Positions 60,253 to 64,000 of a stretch of DNA of 64,000 bases are shown in pieces (position 1 is the stretch's first letter; each line of letters opens with the position of its first letter). A program made the position numbers and the translations under genes. The notes beneath the pieces are model-generated. The model worked only from the letters and a program-made list of their open reading frames with translations. It was not told the origin of the DNA and did no database searches. Source of the DNA: Vampirovibrionales bacterium (GTDB lineage Bacteria > Cyanobacteriota > Vampirovibrionia > Vampirovibrionales > Vampirovibrionaceae); assembly GCA_029866025.1 (NCBI GenBank), contig JARXAD010000002.1, forward strand, positions 49,688-113,687. Direction: 5' to 3'.

Positions 60253-61098
60253 TTAGTAAATTCGGTCACGTTGAATGTGAAAGACGATGGGTTCAGACTT
60301 TAGTTCCTGAAGTGGTGAAATGTCTAAGGGAGCCTCAAGAACCGCTGTTTTGTTGGATTTGTTTGCCTTGGCTTGAGACTTGGATTGAGGCTTGGATTTC
60401 AGGGGCTTTTCGGGAGCATCTTCAACAATCAAATCAAAGCTGTCCATGTTGGTAATGGGCTCAATTTTAAAGTAGTAGGCAATCACGGCTTCATATTCGT
60501 TAGCGGCTGTCCCCCCACGGGCGTCATCCACAGCGCCTACGGCAGTGGCTTTAAGCGGTGCCAAGGTGCGTACCGGGTAAATAACAAAATGCTTACCCCG
60601 CCCAATGCCTTCAATGCGAGCTTTGCGACGCGACGGAAAGGTAGCCGTTGGCCCAAAGCTAGACAGGGAAAATTTCACTTCCACGGGATAATGGAGATTG
60701 GTAAGACGATCAATATCCCCGTGATGGAGTTTTTTGACCTTTTTCAAGCTTTCGTTGGCCGGGTAAAGGCTTTTAGAGATCTTGGTGGCCAACATCATAA
60801 AGGGGCTGTAGATATTGAGCAGGGTGCCGTCCGCTTTTTCCATCCAGTTAGGTCCCAAAACCTCGGCCAAGCCAAAACGTCCGTGCTCAATGCCGTGGCG
60901 CACCGCCTGATTAATGCCAGCACCATCCAGCGGTACCAATGCGCTACTAGGGGTGGACAACAATGCTAAGCCCAAAGCGATTATGGCCATCCATAGAGTG
61001 ATTAAACGATTGCGAATCATGACGCAAAGCACCTTACGGTTGAGTGGGCATAAAGAGAATCCACTTGAATGGTACCGCAACGACGAAGGCAGGATCAA
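60253..61098 (-). CDS. Secreted hypothetical protein.
   Basis: Signal-peptide-like MIRNRLITLWMAIIALGLALLSTPSSA (internal start), and a K/S/Q-rich C-terminal tail. Confidence 0.4.
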   Translation of the reverse strand: MILPSSLRYHSSGFSLCPLNRKVLCVMIRNRLITLWMAIIALGLALLSTPSSALVPLDGAGINQAVRHGIEHGRFGLAEVLGPNWMEKADGTLLNIYSPFMMLATKISKSLYPANESLKKVKKLHHGDIDRLTNLHYPVEVKFSLSSFGPTATFPSRRKARIEGIGRGKHFVIYPVRTLAPLKATAVGAVDDARGGTAANEYEAVIAYYFKIEPITNMDSFDLIVEDAPEKPLKSKPQSKSQAKANKSNKTAVLEAPLDISPLQELKSEPIVFHIQRDRIY

Positions 61099-61237
61099 AA
61101 GGCGCTAGCCAGAATGAGCAAGGGCGGGCTACAATACTATTTCGTTACAATTGGGCAAATGCCTTTTTTAGAGTGGTTAGACAATTCGGCGATCGCGTGT
61201 CTTAGCAAGAGACACAGAGCCCGAGGATGAGACGCGC

Positions 61238-62482
61238 ATGTTTGAATTTTTAAAGCAAAAAGTAAGCTTGCCTGGCAGTGGCGGTGGTGGTCAAGGCAAA
61301 CTGCCACGGGTGCTTAAGGTGGCCCCCATGTTTGGGGTGCCCTTGGATGACTACAAAGCCACGGGCGAGCGAGACGCCATTTTGGCGTCTTCTGGGATGG
61401 GGAAAAGCTACCTAACCGGTGTGCTAATGGAAGAGACCCTAGAAACAGGATCGTTGCTGTGCGTGATAGACCCTGAGGGCGAGCATTTTACCCTGGCAGA
61501 ACGCTACCCCATGCTCATTGTAGGAGGCGAGCACGCCAACTTACCCTTGGAAGAAGCTGCCATTGATTTATACATCGATGCCATGCTGAAATCCGGCGTT
61601 TCCGCCGTTTTTGACCTCTCTGATCATGTGGATGAAGAGCAACAACACTTGTACGGCCTGATTGCCGATGCCTTGTTTACGGCAGAGCAAAAATACCGCC
61701 GCAAGGTTCGCATCGTCATTGAAGAAGCGCAAATTTACGCCCCTCAAAAAACAGGGGGCATTGCCAGCGCCAAAAAAGGCAAAGATGCCAAAATGGACCC
61801 GTTGCTGGCCAGCCAAAAACTCGCCAAACGAGGCCGTAAACGCGCCATAGATAGCCTGTGGGCCACCCAACGCCCTGCCAGTATTAGCAAAGATATTTTA
61901 AGCCAGTGCAACCGGTTTTGGTTTGGTGGCATTACCGCAGAGCTAGACTACAAAGCCATTCGCCCCTTTTTAAACGAGGCGGGCATTTCCTTTCCCGAAA
62001 TTCGCTCTCTGCAACCCGGTGAGTTCTTCTTTTATAGCAAGGGGCTGACGAAAAAAATTAAGGTACGCAAGCGCCATTGCCGCCACGCCGGGGCTACGCC
62101 AGAAGCAGGCCAAACCTTTAGCGCCACCAAAAACGAAAGCATGGACAAGGCGCTATCGGGCCTAAGTGCCGCCATTAAAGCCCGTGCCGAAGAACGCGTG
62201 CACGAAGACAGCGAAATTGAACAGCTCAAAAAATTCATCAAAACCCTAAAGGGCGAAAACGAAAAACTAAAGAAAGAGCTGGAACAAGAGCGCTTGGCCA
62301 CCAAGGTCATTGAGCGCATTCATGGCGTAACGCCCGAGGGCTTGGGCGAAGTAGCCAGTGGCAGCGGACGGCCCCGGCGCCGCACCACCCGCCGCGAAGA
62401 TTTAACGCTGGCGCTGATTGCTGACAAGGTCAACGAAGCAGATCAACGCCTCCACCCCAGCCACATACGCCTGGATGGGTAA
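61238..62482 (+). CDS. P-loop NTPase of the HerA/FtsK-like (DUF87-type) class with a C-terminal coiled-coil and basic tail.
   Basis: Walker A SSGMGKSY, Walker B VRIVIEEAQIY, a sensor region WATQRPASIS and a C-terminal KKELEQERL coiled-coil. Confidence 0.5.
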   Translation: MFEFLKQKVSLPGSGGGGQGKLPRVLKVAPMFGVPLDDYKATGERDAILASSGMGKSYLTGVLMEETLETGSLLCVIDPEGEHFTLAERYPMLIVGGEHANLPLEEAAIDLYIDAMLKSGVSAVFDLSDHVDEEQQHLYGLIADALFTAEQKYRRKVRIVIEEAQIYAPQKTGGIASAKKGKDAKMDPLLASQKLAKRGRKRAIDSLWATQRPASISKDILSQCNRFWFGGITAELDYKAIRPFLNEAGISFPEIRSLQPGEFFFYSKGLTKKIKVRKRHCRHAGATPEAGQTFSATKNESMDKALSGLSAAIKARAEERVHEDSEIEQLKKFIKTLKGENEKLKKELEQERLATKVIERIHGVTPEGLGEVASGSGRPRRRTTRREDLTLALIADKVNEADQRLHPSHIRLDG

Positions 62483-62552
62483 CTCAAGCTACCAAGATAA
62501 AAAGCGCCCCCAATAAAAGTGAAGGCGCTTAATGAACAGAAAAAACCTTTAA

Positions 62553-63026
62553 CTAACCAAAGGTTCGGTAATCGTTATTGCCTTGATAGCCGCTTTGATT
62601 GCCACCACCAGCATTTACAGGAGGGTGGCCTTGAGGAATCATATTTTTCGCGGCATTAATAACCCCAGGGGCAGCAGCAGCCATACCCGCATAAGGGCAA
62701 GAGACCATAGCAACAGCAGCGCCCATACCTGCCGAAGCAGCCCCATTAAGGTATGGGTGCTTTTGGGCAAATTGCTGATAGCCCGCATACATGTTTTGGG
62801 CCTGATTGCGCATCCATCGAGCACTATTATTCCACATGGTGGCCATGGGGTTTACGCCTTGAGCGTTATAGCCACCTTGCACAGGGGCATTGTAATTTTG
62901 TTGAGGACGATAGCCTCCGGCGCTTTGAACACCACGGTTGAGTTGCTGGCCGTAAGGGAGTTGCATTCCATAAGTCATAATAAAAACTCCTAATTTAAGT
63001 AGGGATAAATAAGCGAAATAAAACAA
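62553..63026 (-). CDS. Q/N/G/Y-rich low-complexity protein.
   Basis: ORF only; YGQQLNRGVQSAGGYRPQQNYNAPVQGGYNAQG composition. Confidence 0.35.
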   Translation of the reverse strand: MFYFAYLSLLKLGVFIMTYGMQLPYGQQLNRGVQSAGGYRPQQNYNAPVQGGYNAQGVNPMATMWNNSARWMRNQAQNMYAGYQQFAQKHPYLNGAASAGMGAAVAMVSCPYAGMAAAAPGVINAAKNMIPQGHPPVNAGGGNQSGYQGNNDYRTFG

Positions 63027-63135
63027 TAATTAAACGTGATAATATAAAAACATTTTATTGGATTCTTCTGCTAATTTGTTACAGCATGTAACTAGCCCTT
63101 GCAAATTACAGGCGCAACTCTGGTATGCTACGCCT

Positions 63136-63519
63136 TGCCAGGCAGATGGTTGCGCTGGTGTGTGTTGGTAACAGCACCCACTGGTGAGGAAAGTCCGGGC
63201 TCCGTAGGGCAGGTTGCCGGGTAACGCCCGGTGTGAGTAATCACGAGGACAGTGCCACAGAAATGAAAACCGCCGATGGACCCTCCTTAAGTTCACTTAA
63301 GAGTCGTCACAGGTAAGGATGCAACGGTGGGGTAAGAGCCCACCAGCAAGGCCGAAAGACCTTGGCTAGGTAAACCCCAACCGTGGAGCAAGGTGAAGAG
63401 CAACGATTCAATTCGTCAGGGCTGCCCGTCCGCTTTTCGTAATCCGCACCGAGCGGGTGATGTGAATCCCCGCCCAGATAGATAACCATCCAACGACAGA
63501 ACCCGGCTTATCGCCTGGC
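63136..63519 (+). ncRNA. rnpB: RNase P RNA, bacterial type A.
   Basis: GGAAAGTCCGGGCTCC (P4 5' strand), ACAGAAA, GGTAAGAGCCCACCAG and ACAGAACCCGGCTTA (P4 3' strand). P1 pairs GCCAGGC with GCCTGGC. Confidence 0.85.
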
Positions 63520-63526
63520 CCCTCCC

Positions 63527-63560
63527 AAGGGCCGCCCACAGGGCGGTTTTTCAACTTTAA
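63527..63560 (+). terminator. Rho-independent terminator after rnpB.
   Basis: GGGCCGCCCACAGGGCGG hairpin followed by TTTTTCAACTTTAATTTTTT. Confidence 0.5.
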
Positions 63561-63718
63561 TTTTTTACTTCCTCTATTATCCCTTGATTATTAGCAAGCA
63601 ATTTATCGTCCTATAAAAAAGGGGCTTTGCCCCTCGATCTCGCCGGTGGGTTGCCGTAAGCTACAGGCATTGGGGCCGTTCTGGCTTTTTGTGGACTTAG
63701 TTATAGGGGTGTTGCGCC

Positions 63719-64000
63719 ATGCGCTTTGGAGTGTTTTCGTCACTTATTACGGGCTTGTTAGCGTTAGGTCTTGTATTCAATAGTGGCAGTTCTTTAGCTA
63801 TCCCCCTCGCCACCCCCGATGCCGTGATTGTGGTTCCCCCCGCCGGTGTGCATCCCTTTGGCAGTAAAACGGCTTATATTTGGGGTATTCCTGGCGCTCA
63901 AGCGCCCTCCGTCTCCTTATTCAACCCCAAAAAGCCAGGCTTTTTACCCGGCATGCTGGGCAAAACCGTGGCGTCAAACTTACCAGTCACCTCAGCTTCG
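63719..64000 (+). CDS. Secreted hypothetical protein, 3'-truncated by the window end.
   Basis: ATG 63719 with AGGGG 7 nt upstream. The N-terminus MRFGVFSSLITGLLALGLVFNSGSSLA is signal-peptide-like. Confidence 0.45.
   Translation, partial: MRFGVFSSLITGLLALGLVFNSGSSLAIPLATPDAVIVVPPAGVHPFGSKTAYIWGIPGAQAPSVSLFNPKKPGFLPGMLGKTVASNLPVTSAS

Noticed and set aside
63030-63296. 88-aa ORF on the minus strand
   Set aside because: It lies entirely inside the RNase P RNA gene. The RNA gene has strong conserved motifs, so the ORF is spurious.

Overview
This is a 64 kb bacterial chromosomal segment of about 50-55% GC, dense with housekeeping genes. The organism is a Gram-negative-type flagellated heterotroph. 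GyrB carries the large C-terminal insertion typical of proteobacteria-like lineages; exact taxon cannot be assigned from sequence alone.

Recognisable genes:
- Replication, repair and translation: gyrB, argS, uvrB.
- Secretion and envelope: secD-secF, a class B PBP.
- Motility and division: a 279-aa flagellin, minC-minD-minE.
- Central metabolism: glnA (GS type I), gdhA, pckA (ATP type), ilvC, cysE, acpS, coaD, coaE.
- Amino acid and ketone-body catabolism: HPPD plus a FAH-family hydrolase (tyrosine catabolism), scoA and scoB (3-oxoacid CoA-transferase, encoded ~38 kb apart), a Kbl-like acyltransferase.
- RNA genes: RNase P RNA (rnpB, type A), tRNA-Met(CAT) and tRNA-Cys(GCA).

Interspersed with these are lower-GC, lineage-specific ORFs that look horizontally acquired.

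Main leads:
1. The first 2.4 kb is a ~34% GC island abutting the 3' end of tRNA-Met. It encodes a 578-aa OLD-family (GajA-like ABC ATPase + Toprim) nuclease, a 390-bp noncoding gap and a further unknown ORF running off the window. This is probably the edge of an integrated defence island whose partner genes lie outside the window.
2. Unusual repeat architecture flanks both tRNAs. Upstream of tRNA-Met are tandem 112-bp units that each re-copy the tRNA 5' half. Next to tRNA-Cys are 3.3 tandem 88-bp units, each a promoter-like box plus a hairpin.
3. Several AT-rich ORFs carry simple sequence repeats at their 5' ends: G10, G12 and C9 homopolymers and an (AATCC)4 pentanucleotide run. There is also a C11 run in the gyrB 5' end. 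The pattern suggests slipped-strand phase variation.
4. Two dispersed AT-rich ORFs share divergent subtilisin-like Asp/His/Ser motifs.
5. A cluster of four C-terminally membrane-anchored unknown proteins surrounds acpS.
6. All three Min proteins carry long S/T/P/A-rich low-complexity extensions.

No CRISPR array, transposase, integrase or rRNA was seen.
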